A DNA stretch of 64,000 nt from IMG/VR virus record IMGVR_UViG_3300007276_000045, positions 8,735-72,734 of that record; one strand, 5' to 3'. The translations under genes and the position numbers were made by a program. Source of the stretch: a virus. The number at the start of each line of letters is the position of its first letter. Positions within the stretch are counted from its first letter, which is position 1. Shown one piece after another: positions 19,854-30,772 of this stretch. Below the pieces are notes generated by a model. It was not told where the DNA came from. It saw only the letters and a list, made by a program, of their open reading frames with translations, and did not search any database.

Positions 19854-21060
19854 GATCTGACCTAAAGTCTAATGTCCACCTAACTAAAAGAGAGGCGTGG
19901 TTTAAGAGTCCGGGAAGAGGTACAGTTCCTAAAAGCGGGACAGATGGAGACTGATCACTCGTAGCTGCCAAGTTAGACGAGAAGGTCTTCTTGGCAAAAA
20001 GTTTAAACTCTTGTTTTGTTACTCCCGATGTATCAATGTACAACGCATTATCTTGTAAGAAAGGGGCAGCGTTACTTTTCAAAGACTCTTTACAATCTAA
20101 GCCCCATAATCCCATTTGATGGAATCCTCCATACACGTTTAATGCTTGAACGTCCCATCTTGCAATGTAGCACGCAATTGTTACACGGGGATCTTGAACA
20201 AACTCCCGTACATTTGCTGCGCCTGCTGTTGAGGAAACCATGGTATTGCCTACACCCGGTGCTGCTTGTTTGGAATAATCCACGGTAGCGAACCCTCTAT
20301 AGTCCATACTACTGGCGTAATTAAATCCTCCAATCAAACTACTAAGATAAAAATAAGGTTGTTGAGTGGAACCGGGGAAATAGGAAGACGCGCAGTTTAC
20401 CATTGCATTAACCGTTGGTCCTGTAAAGTCCCCATCAAAAGAGCTTACAATTACAGTCTGTGGTACGTTCACCACAGTCACAGGTGTAGCATCTCCTGTC
20501 GGATAACCCCCTTGGAAGTAACTAGAGGGGTCACCACTAGCGAAAGCAATTCTGTTTTCTAAGTGGCCGTATGACCTAGTTCCATCCCCACTAAACATAG
20601 TGTATGCGGTGTCTTCTTTTTCGAGTCTCGTATCAAGAGGGTCTGGGTATGAGGGTAGATGATAATTTGGAGTATAGGTTGAGACATCCCCAGCCACCTC
20701 TCTTGCGGAGTTACTCAGTAGTCGTAATGTTTTTTGTACACCAACAGCATTTAACATGTTTGAAACACGTTGAGAACCTGTCCCATCACACTGATCCCCC
20801 GGAGGAGTCCATGATGCACCAGATGGAAAAAAGAATCCATTCTCTTGAAACGCTCCACCCGCAGGACCGAAAGACAAAGCTCCAAATCTCCAGTTAGAAG
20901 TGTCCATGACCCGTGGTGCTATACCCAGAGTGCTTGAGGGGACCGTCAGCATGTCCACAACAAGCTCGCCAGCACCATCCACCACAAGGTTACGAGCACT
21001 GTGTACGAGCCTCTGAGAGCCATCTGAGGCGATGGCATAAACTTCTACTTTACCCTTCAT
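19846..21060 (-). CDS. Tail-collar/baseplate-associated protein (paralogue 3, expanded)
   Basis: MKGKVEVY...DG......NLVVDG N-terminus; LFAKKTF and LLVRWTL C-terminus. Confidence 0.55.
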   Translation of the reverse strand: MKGKVEVYAIASDGSQRLVHSARNLVVDGAGELVVDMLTVPSSTLGIAPRVMDTSNWRFGALSFGPAGGAFQENGFFFPSGASWTPPGDQCDGTGSQRVSNMLNAVGVQKTLRLLSNSAREVAGDVSTYTPNYHLPSYPDPLDTRLEKEDTAYTMFSGDGTRSYGHLENRIAFASGDPSSYFQGGYPTGDATPVTVVNVPQTVIVSSFDGDFTGPTVNAMVNCASSYFPGSTQQPYFYLSSLIGGFNYASSMDYRGFATVDYSKQAAPGVGNTMVSSTAGAANVREFVQDPRVTIACYIARWDVQALNVYGGFHQMGLWGLDCKESLKSNAAPFLQDNALYIDTSGVTKQEFKLFAKKTFSSNLAATSDQSPSVPLLGTVPLPGLLNHASLLVRWTLDFRSDHD

Positions 21061-24000
21061 AAATATCCACGCTTGAAACTTGGAAGAATCCGACAGGTGA
21101 AACTCCCCACCCTAAAGCACCGCCATCCATAATTGCCGTCTCATCCTCATACATGCCAGAGGCAGAGCGATAATTTAGGCGACTTCCACCACTAACTTCC
21201 ATAACCGCAGAAGTATTGTAAGCATCTCTACTTGCTAAACCACTACTTAAAGATTTAAAGTACCTACAAACAGATTTAAAATCTTGCACTGTTAGCTGGG
21301 CATCACCATGATCAGTTTCAATCACTGCATTATTATAGTTAGTTAGATCAACAATAGAAATCTCTTCGATAACTACAAACCTCCGCTCATCTCCGTCACG
21401 GACGAACAACTCGATTGCATACTTCTGGTCAGTCCTGTGAACGTAACCCTTAGCTTCTTCATACTCAGCAGTCGGAGGAGTTACTCCAAAATCATTATTT
21501 GTGGTAAACCTAAACTTCATCTCTTGTAGAGAGTTCTCGTTTATATTAACAATAGCTAGGGGGTTAGATCCTTCGACAATCTGAGTCTTCCCAATAGGCT
21601 CCCAACATCTATAATCATAAGTGGTCTCCAGAAGCGGCCCGTCTGCAACACTTTCTCCACGACCTATTACGTTATCAAGATTGAATGTATCAAAAGTATT
21701 TAGTTGAACTTTATTTTCAACCCAGTTAATGCCTGCGGTGGAGTTTAAAAAGTTATTAGTTACTATCTCCCATCTGTCAAACTCTCTACCACAGTCATCA
21801 TATACACCTTGAGGATCAAAAGACCAGATATGCCCATACCCTTCATCCAAAGTATGAATCCAACAACCAAGGCTTTGTCCTCCACATAAGTCGAAGCCTC
21901 TGGATATGTTGTGAGCTTTTACAGTTATCTCATATTCGTGATTAGGTTGTAAGAAGTTTTTTGCTTGAGTAGTATCTGAAGGGTCAATCACGATCCGAAT
22001 TCTTGGGAAGGTTGACCCAGACTCACCTCGGTGATACTTGATAATTTGATTATTAATTAAGTACTTAGCGTAGGAGTACTTGCTTTGATCATCTCTAGAC
22101 AACCTGAACAAGCTGAATGTTGGGTTACTAGGACCAGTGGGAACTGTCACATCCGATGATGTGTCAACTAGCTCCACCCCACTAACAAGATGCTTATTCC
22201 TGAACTCAGGCTTAGAAAGGTATAAATCAGTGGAGTCCGAAGCGGTTACTGTGCCAACTTCATATACACTTCCTGAAGTTCCTGAAATACTTAAGACTCC
22301 ACTGCCATCAGCAAATGCGATATCAGCTTCGTATAAAGAAGAACTTGCAGACAAATACCCAGATGCATCTAATGCTGACCCATCAGTGTCTAGGTTCGAG
22401 TTGTAGATTAGAGGGCCAAAGGAGTGTGAGAACATGTTAGGCACACCAAGGAGGTTATAATTGTTGGTTGTGCCATGCCCCCCAAAGAGACCCATGTAGT
22501 CATTGTACAGCCTATGAACTTTCCTACCAAACGTAAAGTGGTCATAGTCATGTATGCTTGTATCAGAATTATCGTTTTCAATAAGCTGGTTTGCAATTGA
22601 TCTAATTACAGAATCCATTGGATCGTAAGTAGTGTTAAATTGATTAAACCAGTCTTGGAAACTAGTGGGCCTAAGCAGAGAAGACTCAGACGGCCAATCC
22701 GTATTACTAACTCCTGTCTGGGTATCGAAGCATCCTGAAACTAGAGAGCTTGCTTGTAGGTATTTTTCTAAATCATTTACACGGGTCATCATGTAAATGA
22801 TTTCGGGTAGTTGCCCCCTTCTACCGTAGGTGTTACAACTAGATGTTGGAACATTCTGCTTTGCTCTAGATGCAAAAGTATTGCTTACATCATAGCCGAA
22901 GTGGGAGCTAGGGGAGGTAAGGTTTTGACAAATTTCCCAGACAGGGTGAACATCCCCTAGAAGATAACCTATACCACAAGCTTGTGTATCTTCAACTAAA
23001 GATACCTCTTGGAAGTGTTGAGATGATGGGACAAAGCCTAGAGGCAAGTATCCTGTGGCTGACGAATAATAACTAGTAGATAATTCTAGTGATCCGGGAT
23101 TATTCCTCCCACCCCTAGTGAATAATTTACCCTCTGGTAAAAGGTTCTTAAAGCTTCTGCGTCGAAGTGAGTTTCTAGGAGCGGCTCCTCTGGCTACAAA
23201 ATCAATAGCTTGGCCCGACCCAGAAACCATAATGTCATTAATGTTATTAACATCTATTCTTTTGAAGCGGTTTGGGGTTAGTCCTGCGGATAACGACAGA
23301 TTAGCCATATCCACCGCGCAAGTAGCCCAGCCAGTGGTTACTGTTGAAGAACCTTCATACAGGTCATTGAAGTTGGGTCTCCACTCTTGGCACGGATTAT
23401 CAGCGATAGCATCTAGGCTGTCTGCAACACTTGATACCCCCACTAAGATCTCAGGCATAGCGTGCGCTGGGATAACTTGATTTAAGACTCGCACAACTTT
23501 GGTTAAGCCATACTTGCTTGTAGCCTCAAGAGCATCAGAGTTGAAGTTAAAGCTACTAGCATCAAAATTAATAATAAAGTGGGAAGACTTACCGTTCCAG
23601 AGGGACAAGAGACTCACAGGGTCTGGTGTCCTTTCCGCTGTTACGTTCTTTAGAATAGTATCGTAATTAGGTGCATACTTCTTTTCTTTTGTAAAGAATA
23701 GGAAACTGTTAATCGCGCTATCCGTATCCAAGGTTTTTACGGTGTTTACATCAATGTAATCCGTAACTTGGTTTGCAAAACTAGTGTCTACACCATAGCA
23801 TCTAAGGTAGTAATTAATCCTTTCAAGCATCCCCGACGAAATCTTCGTAGGCATGTAATACTGACGCTTCTCATACGGTGGGATGTATTGGATACCTCCT
23901 CTATATTGGAACACAAACTCTGGATCGTAGTGTAAAGTAAGCTCTTCCGACGCAGCTTCAAACTGCGATCCAACGAAGTATCGCACATCCCCTTCTGAGT

Positions 24001-25609
24001 CTACTTTAATATTATACGGCCCGATGTAAGCACCCGTGCCTTCCTCTGAACCTTCAGGCCATTGCAGTTGTGGCACTGGGAAGGGTTTACCTCCGAGGAA
24101 GAAAGAGTTTGGAAACTCCCTGACTAGATCAAACATTATCTTGTCTACCAACATCTTAATATTGGTGTTTAGATTAGCAGGATCATACTTAGTAACTCCG
24201 AACTGTTTTGCTAATTCAGGAGTGTAAGTGTCAAAGTTTTGGAATGCAGCAGAACTAGTAGCAAGGGAGTAGTAGATTAAGTCTGGAACGTAAGACTCCC
24301 AAAGCTCTTTTAAGTTCTGAGTGGGGGTACTGAATACTCCTGTAGAAAATAACGTATCAAGTAAATATTGGATTGACCGCTTCGTGCCTTTCATCTTATA
24401 GATGTCTACTGCGTTGCGAAGCTGTACTCGCCACTTATCAATGTCGCCTCCAATAAACTTCCAACCAATAAGTTCCCCAAGAAGTTCTAAGAATTCCTCA
24501 GGACACTTACCAATATCATAAAGAACATTAAGCTCTGCTTGTTCTGTTACTCGATCAGCGATAGCGAAAGAGATGGAGTCTACAAACCTCTTCAGTGGTC
24601 CTGCTTCTTCTACATCTGTAATCAAAACCCCATCAGCCGTAACAGAGGAGGTGTCAAAGAAGGATGTGAATGCAGACTTTACTTTGTTATCTGTGCTGTC
24701 TAGGAAGTGCGGGGAGTATACGATATCAACCAGAGTCTTCAACCGATCTACCTGTTGGGTACCGCTGGTGAATACGCCCACACTACTATCCAAGGAGGAG
24801 GTATAGCTTGCTGGGATAAGGTCATCCGTTGTCGTAAACGTAGGCTGGTTCTTCCAGAGATACTCTTGATACAGTGCTAGAGTATCTTGTAGTACGATTG
24901 ATTTACCCTGCCATACTGTTTTTGCTAGAAGTTCTGGTAGAGCCGTGGAGGGGTCAAACGGAGTAGGCTTCAGCGATACTGGGGCTGGTCCTGATCTGTT
25001 TAAGAAATATACCCAACCTAAATTATTTGCTAGGTACTTATATGTTCCCGATGAATCATTAGAAAACGCGCTAGCGGTCAGTGTGGCTAAGTTATCTGTT
25101 GCGTGGTCTCCCGCATGAACTAGAGGGATGCTAGGGAGGAGTGTTCCAGAAACGTAATCAACGAACGCTTGGCTTGTCGCGTAGTCCTTTAGCTTTACGT
25201 TTAGAGGGGTTAGGATATTTCTTTGAAAATCATCCGAGTTAATCTGTGCTGGGTTTTGAGTTTTGTAGAAGTATCTTGCGAATCCTTGCGGGGTTCCTAG
25301 GCTAGAAAGCTCCTCATCATACGTTAGAGACGATACTGGGAATATGGTAGCTTGGTTCTTATTAGCAAGAATATGTGAGTTGATTAGCTGGTTAGGGTAT
25401 GATACATGCGTCCCACTAATTGTCTGCTCATCGGAAAAATAAAACTTTGGAATAATCTTCCGAATAGCATCCGAGTAGTTTCTTTTAAAATACTGCTGCT
25501 CATCATTAGAGACTATAAGATCGTCCCTAGAAGTTACGACAGCCATGACCTCAGGTATAATCTTACCCTGATCATCAAATCTAGATTTTTGGACGTATCT
25601 TCTTGCCAT
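21050..25609 (-). CDS. Large baseplate wedge protein (T4 gp7 / P2 gpI-like domain)
   Basis: LYDIGKCPEEFLELLGELIGW...WRVQLRNAVDIYKMKGTKRSIQYLL, the P2 gpI-like tail motif; adjacent to gp6. Confidence 0.7.
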   Translation of the reverse strand: MARRYVQKSRFDDQGKIIPEVMAVVTSRDDLIVSNDEQQYFKRNYSDAIRKIIPKFYFSDEQTISGTHVSYPNQLINSHILANKNQATIFPVSSLTYDEELSSLGTPQGFARYFYKTQNPAQINSDDFQRNILTPLNVKLKDYATSQAFVDYVSGTLLPSIPLVHAGDHATDNLATLTASAFSNDSSGTYKYLANNLGWVYFLNRSGPAPVSLKPTPFDPSTALPELLAKTVWQGKSIVLQDTLALYQEYLWKNQPTFTTTDDLIPASYTSSLDSSVGVFTSGTQQVDRLKTLVDIVYSPHFLDSTDNKVKSAFTSFFDTSSVTADGVLITDVEEAGPLKRFVDSISFAIADRVTEQAELNVLYDIGKCPEEFLELLGELIGWKFIGGDIDKWRVQLRNAVDIYKMKGTKRSIQYLLDTLFSTGVFSTPTQNLKELWESYVPDLIYYSLATSSAAFQNFDTYTPELAKQFGVTKYDPANLNTNIKMLVDKIMFDLVREFPNSFFLGGKPFPVPQLQWPEGSEEGTGAYIGPYNIKVDSEGDVRYFVGSQFEAASEELTLHYDPEFVFQYRGGIQYIPPYEKRQYYMPTKISSGMLERINYYLRCYGVDTSFANQVTDYIDVNTVKTLDTDSAINSFLFFTKEKKYAPNYDTILKNVTAERTPDPVSLLSLWNGKSSHFIINFDASSFNFNSDALEATSKYGLTKVVRVLNQVIPAHAMPEILVGVSSVADSLDAIADNPCQEWRPNFNDLYEGSSTVTTGWATCAVDMANLSLSAGLTPNRFKRIDVNNINDIMVSGSGQAIDFVARGAAPRNSLRRRSFKNLLPEGKLFTRGGRNNPGSLELSTSYYSSATGYLPLGFVPSSQHFQEVSLVEDTQACGIGYLLGDVHPVWEICQNLTSPSSHFGYDVSNTFASRAKQNVPTSSCNTYGRRGQLPEIIYMMTRVNDLEKYLQASSLVSGCFDTQTGVSNTDWPSESSLLRPTSFQDWFNQFNTTYDPMDSVIRSIANQLIENDNSDTSIHDYDHFTFGRKVHRLYNDYMGLFGGHGTTNNYNLLGVPNMFSHSFGPLIYNSNLDTDGSALDASGYLSASSSLYEADIAFADGSGVLSISGTSGSVYEVGTVTASDSTDLYLSKPEFRNKHLVSGVELVDTSSDVTVPTGPSNPTFSLFRLSRDDQSKYSYAKYLINNQIIKYHRGESGSTFPRIRIVIDPSDTTQAKNFLQPNHEYEITVKAHNISRGFDLCGGQSLGCWIHTLDEGYGHIWSFDPQGVYDDCGREFDRWEIVTNNFLNSTAGINWVENKVQLNTFDTFNLDNVIGRGESVADGPLLETTYDYRCWEPIGKTQIVEGSNPLAIVNINENSLQEMKFRFTTNNDFGVTPPTAEYEEAKGYVHRTDQKYAIELFVRDGDERRFVVIEEISIVDLTNYNNAVIETDHGDAQLTVQDFKSVCRYFKSLSSGLASRDAYNTSAVMEVSGGSRLNYRSASGMYEDETAIMDGGALGWGVSPVGFFQVSSVDIYEG

Positions 25610-27228
25610 TAGATTAGAACAGTGTTGATAGTAAAGTTATTTAGCTGAATAATCTCACTAAAATCGACCTCGGTAACCTCTGGGAGATTGTCAATCGTGG
25701 AGTACCTAACACTAGGTAGTCTGAAGATCTCCCTGTTTAGCTCCGAAGCTATAAAAGGCTTACCAAAATCAGCATTATCAATATTGAAATACTCCCGAAT
25801 TATCTCAGCAACCTCTTGCTCAACCTGCTGTTGGCGAGGAGATAGCTCTCTGTCAATGCGAATAGTTATAACTATATCTAAAGTTCTAATTAAGCCATCA
25901 ACCACTACTACTTCATCCGTTAGCATCTTCTTAGGTTCAATCTCTTCTAACAACTCCTGCTTAAAAGTAGGAGAAGCTTTTTGCAATCTAAGATCATCTG
26001 CCTTCTCTAAAGTATACATGTCAATTACGTTGCCTGATGAAAAAGCGTCTCTAACAGCAGCAGTAGTTTTACCTACGGTTCCTTGTTTTGATCTAAACGT
26101 ATTACCAATAGCAATAAAGTCCTCAAGAGTTACAACCCTATCTTGTCGTTTGAAAGTATATGGGGCGTACTTTTTAGCGTGTTCGGCAGTTTCTGCCTCT
26201 GCTCCACCCGTGGCAGGTGTTCTGTTTTCTACCGTTAAGGATGTCGCACCTCCTGATCCTGCTCGGGCTGTTGTTTCTACATTTAACACCCCTTGGTCCA
26301 AGTTTCCTCTAGATCCTCCTCCCACTCTATAGGCTACAGTAAACTCAGCACCTGCGGGTGGGGAAATGCCAATAGCATTATCCCCAAAAAGAACAGTGGC
26401 TGCGTAGTTATCATCGTAGACCACTTGGAAAATTTTATCAGTTCCACCAGAGGCTGAGTATAACCTATCTGCCTGAGTATAGGCTCCGTTCGCGTCTGAG
26501 TCTTCGTTTTCCGTGGTCACAAAAACTTGAACACTTCCCTCCACAATCGGAGAGTTTGTTAAACCAATTCTTTTGTTACCTTCTAAAGTATCAAAGGTGC
26601 CTTTCTGAATAGCTATGGCACCCTCAAGCAAAGCGCAGTTCTCAAACACAGAACTAGCCCCTGTTGCCCCACCATTTGCAACTTCAGATTGTTCGAAGTT
26701 TAATTGTGCAGCAGCATTCTGAATATCCTCAATAGCATTATTTGTAATTTTGTAAAGAGTATAGTTTACAGGAGCACTATCTTCCTTAGATGTAATAGCA
26801 ACTGTTCTATTAGTAGGAACAATACTCACTGGGAAATCGTTATGGTCTGAGGGGAGGGTTTGGTTGGTTAGCCTAGCCCCAGCCCCAGCAGCTAACGGAC
26901 CTTTCATGTCCACGCCTACTAGCTCCAAAAGTTTCTTAAGGTTATTCCTATTTTTTACAGTTCTTAAGTAGTTCTCGTTAGCCAACATGTCCCCCTTCAA
27001 GGATAGGACACTGCCCATGTAGGAGACTACTTCAATAAGCATCATTCCTAGATCCGACTCTGAGAAGTTTTGATAATCCTCAGGGTAGACAGCCTTGATG
27101 TATGAGACGAGGTTTTCTCTAAGCGAGAAGAAGTCCGTTCCCGCGTAGTCAATATACTCAACCTTTTTTCTATCAGGGATAGAGGCGAGCTTCATAAAAT
27201 CACTGTTTGCTGTTCCTGAAAAAGACAT
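25609..27228 (-). CDS. gp6: Baseplate wedge protein (T4 gp6 / baseplate J-like)
   Basis: IDY...DF.SLRENL..Y....YPE.YQNFSESD.GMML, FGD...G..PP.G, YRVGGG.RGN, ATGGAEAET and RVVTLEDF motifs. Confidence 0.9.
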   Translation of the reverse strand: MSFSGTANSDFMKLASIPDRKKVEYIDYAGTDFFSLRENLVSYIKAVYPEDYQNFSESDLGMMLIEVVSYMGSVLSLKGDMLANENYLRTVKNRNNLKKLLELVGVDMKGPLAAGAGARLTNQTLPSDHNDFPVSIVPTNRTVAITSKEDSAPVNYTLYKITNNAIEDIQNAAAQLNFEQSEVANGGATGASSVFENCALLEGAIAIQKGTFDTLEGNKRIGLTNSPIVEGSVQVFVTTENEDSDANGAYTQADRLYSASGGTDKIFQVVYDDNYAATVLFGDNAIGISPPAGAEFTVAYRVGGGSRGNLDQGVLNVETTARAGSGGATSLTVENRTPATGGAEAETAEHAKKYAPYTFKRQDRVVTLEDFIAIGNTFRSKQGTVGKTTAAVRDAFSSGNVIDMYTLEKADDLRLQKASPTFKQELLEEIEPKKMLTDEVVVVDGLIRTLDIVITIRIDRELSPRQQQVEQEVAEIIREYFNIDNADFGKPFIASELNREIFRLPSVRYSTIDNLPEVTEVDFSEIIQLNNFTINTVLI

Positions 27229-27731
27229 TATCCTATAGTAACCTCAACATCAAAAATATCTAACGACTGATCAAGTAATTGAAGTGTTAGACTAACATAA
27301 AGCTGAGATCTCTCTGCCTGAAGAGGGTCTGAGTAGACAGACAACGTGATAACATTTACAGAGCTAAAATACCTCTCTAGTGTTCTAAGAATGTCTTGCT
27401 TTATTAAATAATAAGTTGTTTGATCTAATGGCTCAAACAGGTACCTTTCTAAGTTAAGGCCATAGTCTGGTAACATGACGCGCTCGCCTTTGTTACACAT
27501 AAGAAGCTGCCTTAAGTTATTTCGAATGAGTTCTCTACCAGTCTCACCAGTGAAGTATGACCCCTCACCTGTGTTATTTTGAAGGCTGGGGGGAGCACCT
27601 GTGACCGTCTTAAACTTACCCACAAGTGGGTAACACATACCCAGCTTCTTCTTATACTTAGACTGTACCTTTCTTTTTACAGAAAGGCTGGGTTCAGCAC
27701 CATATAAATTATTTGAAGTAGTAGTAGCCAT
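27228..27731 (-). CDS. gp25: Baseplate wedge gp25-like protein
   Basis: LIRNNLRQLL...KGERVMLPDYG.NL..YLFEP motif. Confidence 0.9.
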   Translation of the reverse strand: MATTTSNNLYGAEPSLSVKRKVQSKYKKKLGMCYPLVGKFKTVTGAPPSLQNNTGEGSYFTGETGRELIRNNLRQLLMCNKGERVMLPDYGLNLERYLFEPLDQTTYYLIKQDILRTLERYFSSVNVITLSVYSDPLQAERSQLYVSLTLQLLDQSLDIFDVEVTIG

Positions 27732-30700
27732 TAATAGGAGTAAGTTCTAATATTTGTGAAAAAGCCTTTTTGTGCATTGTAGTTCTTCAATACTTCTACT
27801 GAAGTTAAGGCTCTATTATATAGCTTCATACTACCAATGAACCCATGTAGACCACTTTTTTTGCCGCCAAACTCTCCACCCATGAAGTTCATGCCTTGAG
27901 TGGTTCCAGCATAATTAGCTAAGTATGTTGCTGCGTCTGGGAAATCTATAACGTGCATACCGTCCGTGTAGCCCCCTCCGATAACCCACGGTGTCAACGC
28001 GGTCATGCCTCCAATAACTTTAGGGGTAGGCCCTTCCCACCACCAAAAGTCTCTAAATCCTAAGGCATCTGGTGGGAATAAGGGTGCGTTAGGGGGTAGA
28101 TAACTTTCAAAAGATTTTGTATAACTAAACGAATTAGAGTCCACCGTGGATGGAATATTCGGTGGAGTAGCCTCAGTAGTTCCAAAAGTGTCCGCAATGC
28201 TAGCAGTCGTTAACTCCTCACCGTTTAAGTATATGGATACTTGATCCATGCCATAGTCAATAGTAATGGCCGTATGAACAAATGCGGTGCTACAGTCATT
28301 AAACTTATGACCTCCTGTAGTTGCGCTAGAAGTGTCAACCCTAATACCGAAGTACCCACTAGGAGGAACCTCATCTTGGATGCAATACCCAGAAGATCCT
28401 GATGCTGTTAGGAAAGTAACTGCGCTAGTATTGACTGACTGCGTAGGACTCATATGAAACACTAATCCTGCGTTAAGATCATTATCTGCTGGGAGGTTTG
28501 ATGGAGGCAAGTTCTTAGTTAATCTACGGTCTCTACTAAACCCAATAAGAAGCCCTTTGACAGCATTGCTATTTGGGGGTGCTCCTGCCGCATCTCCAGT
28601 TGTGGCTCCACCCCTATTCTCACATCCTAAAATAACTCTATGGATAGATGATAAGCTACTATCAGCATTCCAACCCGGATCATTCGGATTCGCTAGGTCT
28701 GGGACATGTGTCCAGAAATCAAAGGATGCTCCTGTTTGTCTGTATAAAAGGCTATCAATATTGTCAAAGCCTTCTTGTAGGCTAGCATACCCATACGGGC
28801 GATATGCTGAATGCAGATACTGGGTGTTGTTTGTTCTAGAAGAGGCTTTGCTATTCCCGTCCCCATCAACACCTGAGAAGAAGTTACACACTCCTCTAAA
28901 GTAAGGCACACCGATCCCTGACGGGAAAACGCTATCTATTGAAGAAGCTACTATCTGAGCAGGTGCCTCAAATGTAGACGAGGTAGCACAGTTAATGGAC
29001 AAATACTTGTCGGAGTCTGGTAGAACTAGGTCTGCGTCTAAGAAGTTATAAACCGCAGCAAGACCGTCTGTTGATATCATATCGGTTAATGAGAGGACGG
29101 TTCCACTAGTGCCCGATGCTCCGGGATCAGAGGTAATAATTTGTCCAACTCCAACCTCAGGAACTATAAGATCTTTAGCAGTAAACTCGTCTTGAGGAAC
29201 TTCACTCTTAATAAACTCAGGGCAAAGGGGCAACACTACACCAGAAACCTCTGCTGGGTTAAATAATAGATTCTGCTGCTTAGATTGCTCTACTGCGATA
29301 AGACCCGCATCTAGATTTTGGAAGTTGTTGATAGGGATCTCTCCCAAAACAGCAGGCTGTTCGGCTGGTGCTAGCAGAACATGCACTTCAATCTGCTTCT
29401 TGCGTCTTTTGATTTTGTTGTCGTGATCTGCAATCTTAGAGAACATGACTTGTCTTTGGTTACTAAGGACCGCACTGTCTTCAGTATACCCTGAAGATTT
29501 CAACTCCCCAACATAAGCGGATAGATCATAAAGTTCTCGGTTTCTATTATCAATTAGAACCTGTAAGAAATGATCGGTGTCGTAGTATTGTTGAATCTGA
29601 GGATCTTCATTAATATAATCCAAATCAAACGCTGTGTTAGCCCACTTGTTAAATGTGTGCCAACTTACGATCTCACCCTTACCTCCAATATTAGGATTGT
29701 ATGCGTGTAAATACTTTAGTGCCTCAGGAGGAACTCCTGTTCCTGCTCTCGGATTCCCAGATGCATCGTAGTAAATAGCACTTACAATGTTGGTTATACA
29801 TCCAGAGTAGTTTAATCCTCCACCATAAGAATCATAATAAATCCCTGTACGCGAGAACAAGAACTGGCCCTGATTGGAGACAGGAGGCTCCATCCCACTT
29901 ACATTAATTACATCTACAAACGGGTTAAACCCATCATCGCTAGGGATGATAGGGTTGCCTTGGGCATCTGTCTCGCAGTCGATTAGTTTAAACGAGGTAA
30001 GCCCTGAGAGCGCGTCTCCCAGCGTTTTGCTAGGGTCGTTAGGGTCAGGCATGTTGTTCCAGAACACAGGCTCAGGGTTGTTCTCAGGGTCTGCCTGACG
30101 CGCTTGTTTAATCTCTCGGATGGACTGTAGCTGCTTATCTGCACCAGCCACGAAACCAGCGGCTTGCTCTAAAGTTTCTTTATTATCGTCGTAAACTTGG
30201 CTTGCTGCTTCTAGTGCTGGGGGAGGTGGGTCGAATGCAATCTCTTCTCCCGTTACGGGATCAATAGCCGTAAAGCCCACCATCTTATCTGCGATTGCAG
30301 ATGGGCCTTTTTGCAATGCGCTATAGGATTTAAATTGGTCTAAACAATTCTTAACACTATCAATCTGGTTCCCGATGTTTTGCCCAATTACAACAGCTTG
30401 TGCTCCAAACCCTAGGATAGTCCCTAGACCTTGGAGATCATTAAGCCCCTGTAAGGCGTTTTGCTCAATACCTTTATTGGAAGAACTTGAAACAAAAACA
30501 AACCTTCCAAGAGTAGTATCATACTCTACGATACCCGTATCAAGGAATACCGAACGCATAACATCTTTGAATACGGAATCGGCTAATGCCTTACCTTCAT
30601 TAATGCCTTTCGACATATCGTTTAGGATAGGTGATGGGAAGGCTTGAAGAACCTCCTTTGTAAAATCCAACATACATTGAGGAACTCCGAACTGTGCCCC

Positions 30701-30772
30701 TAAGGCACCCAGAACGGGTTGATCAGATGTGGTAATAATACCTGCTGCTTTTGTGAAATCAAATGTTGCCAT
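27731..30772 (-). CDS. Virion protein with C-terminal LamG/concanavalin-like domain
   Basis: FVHTAIT.D....SIYLNG and G.IG.MKLYNRALT..EV..NYNA LamG-type signature. Confidence 0.65.
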   Translation of the reverse strand: MATFDFTKAAGIITTSDQPVLGALGAQFGVPQCMLDFTKEVLQAFPSPILNDMSKGINEGKALADSVFKDVMRSVFLDTGIVEYDTTLGRFVFVSSSSNKGIEQNALQGLNDLQGLGTILGFGAQAVVIGQNIGNQIDSVKNCLDQFKSYSALQKGPSAIADKMVGFTAIDPVTGEEIAFDPPPPALEAASQVYDDNKETLEQAAGFVAGADKQLQSIREIKQARQADPENNPEPVFWNNMPDPNDPSKTLGDALSGLTSFKLIDCETDAQGNPIIPSDDGFNPFVDVINVSGMEPPVSNQGQFLFSRTGIYYDSYGGGLNYSGCITNIVSAIYYDASGNPRAGTGVPPEALKYLHAYNPNIGGKGEIVSWHTFNKWANTAFDLDYINEDPQIQQYYDTDHFLQVLIDNRNRELYDLSAYVGELKSSGYTEDSAVLSNQRQVMFSKIADHDNKIKRRKKQIEVHVLLAPAEQPAVLGEIPINNFQNLDAGLIAVEQSKQQNLLFNPAEVSGVVLPLCPEFIKSEVPQDEFTAKDLIVPEVGVGQIITSDPGASGTSGTVLSLTDMISTDGLAAVYNFLDADLVLPDSDKYLSINCATSSTFEAPAQIVASSIDSVFPSGIGVPYFRGVCNFFSGVDGDGNSKASSRTNNTQYLHSAYRPYGYASLQEGFDNIDSLLYRQTGASFDFWTHVPDLANPNDPGWNADSSLSSIHRVILGCENRGGATTGDAAGAPPNSNAVKGLLIGFSRDRRLTKNLPPSNLPADNDLNAGLVFHMSPTQSVNTSAVTFLTASGSSGYCIQDEVPPSGYFGIRVDTSSATTGGHKFNDCSTAFVHTAITIDYGMDQVSIYLNGEELTTASIADTFGTTEATPPNIPSTVDSNSFSYTKSFESYLPPNAPLFPPDALGFRDFWWWEGPTPKVIGGMTALTPWVIGGGYTDGMHVIDFPDAATYLANYAGTTQGMNFMGGEFGGKKSGLHGFIGSMKLYNRALTSVEVLKNYNAQKGFFTNIRTYSY

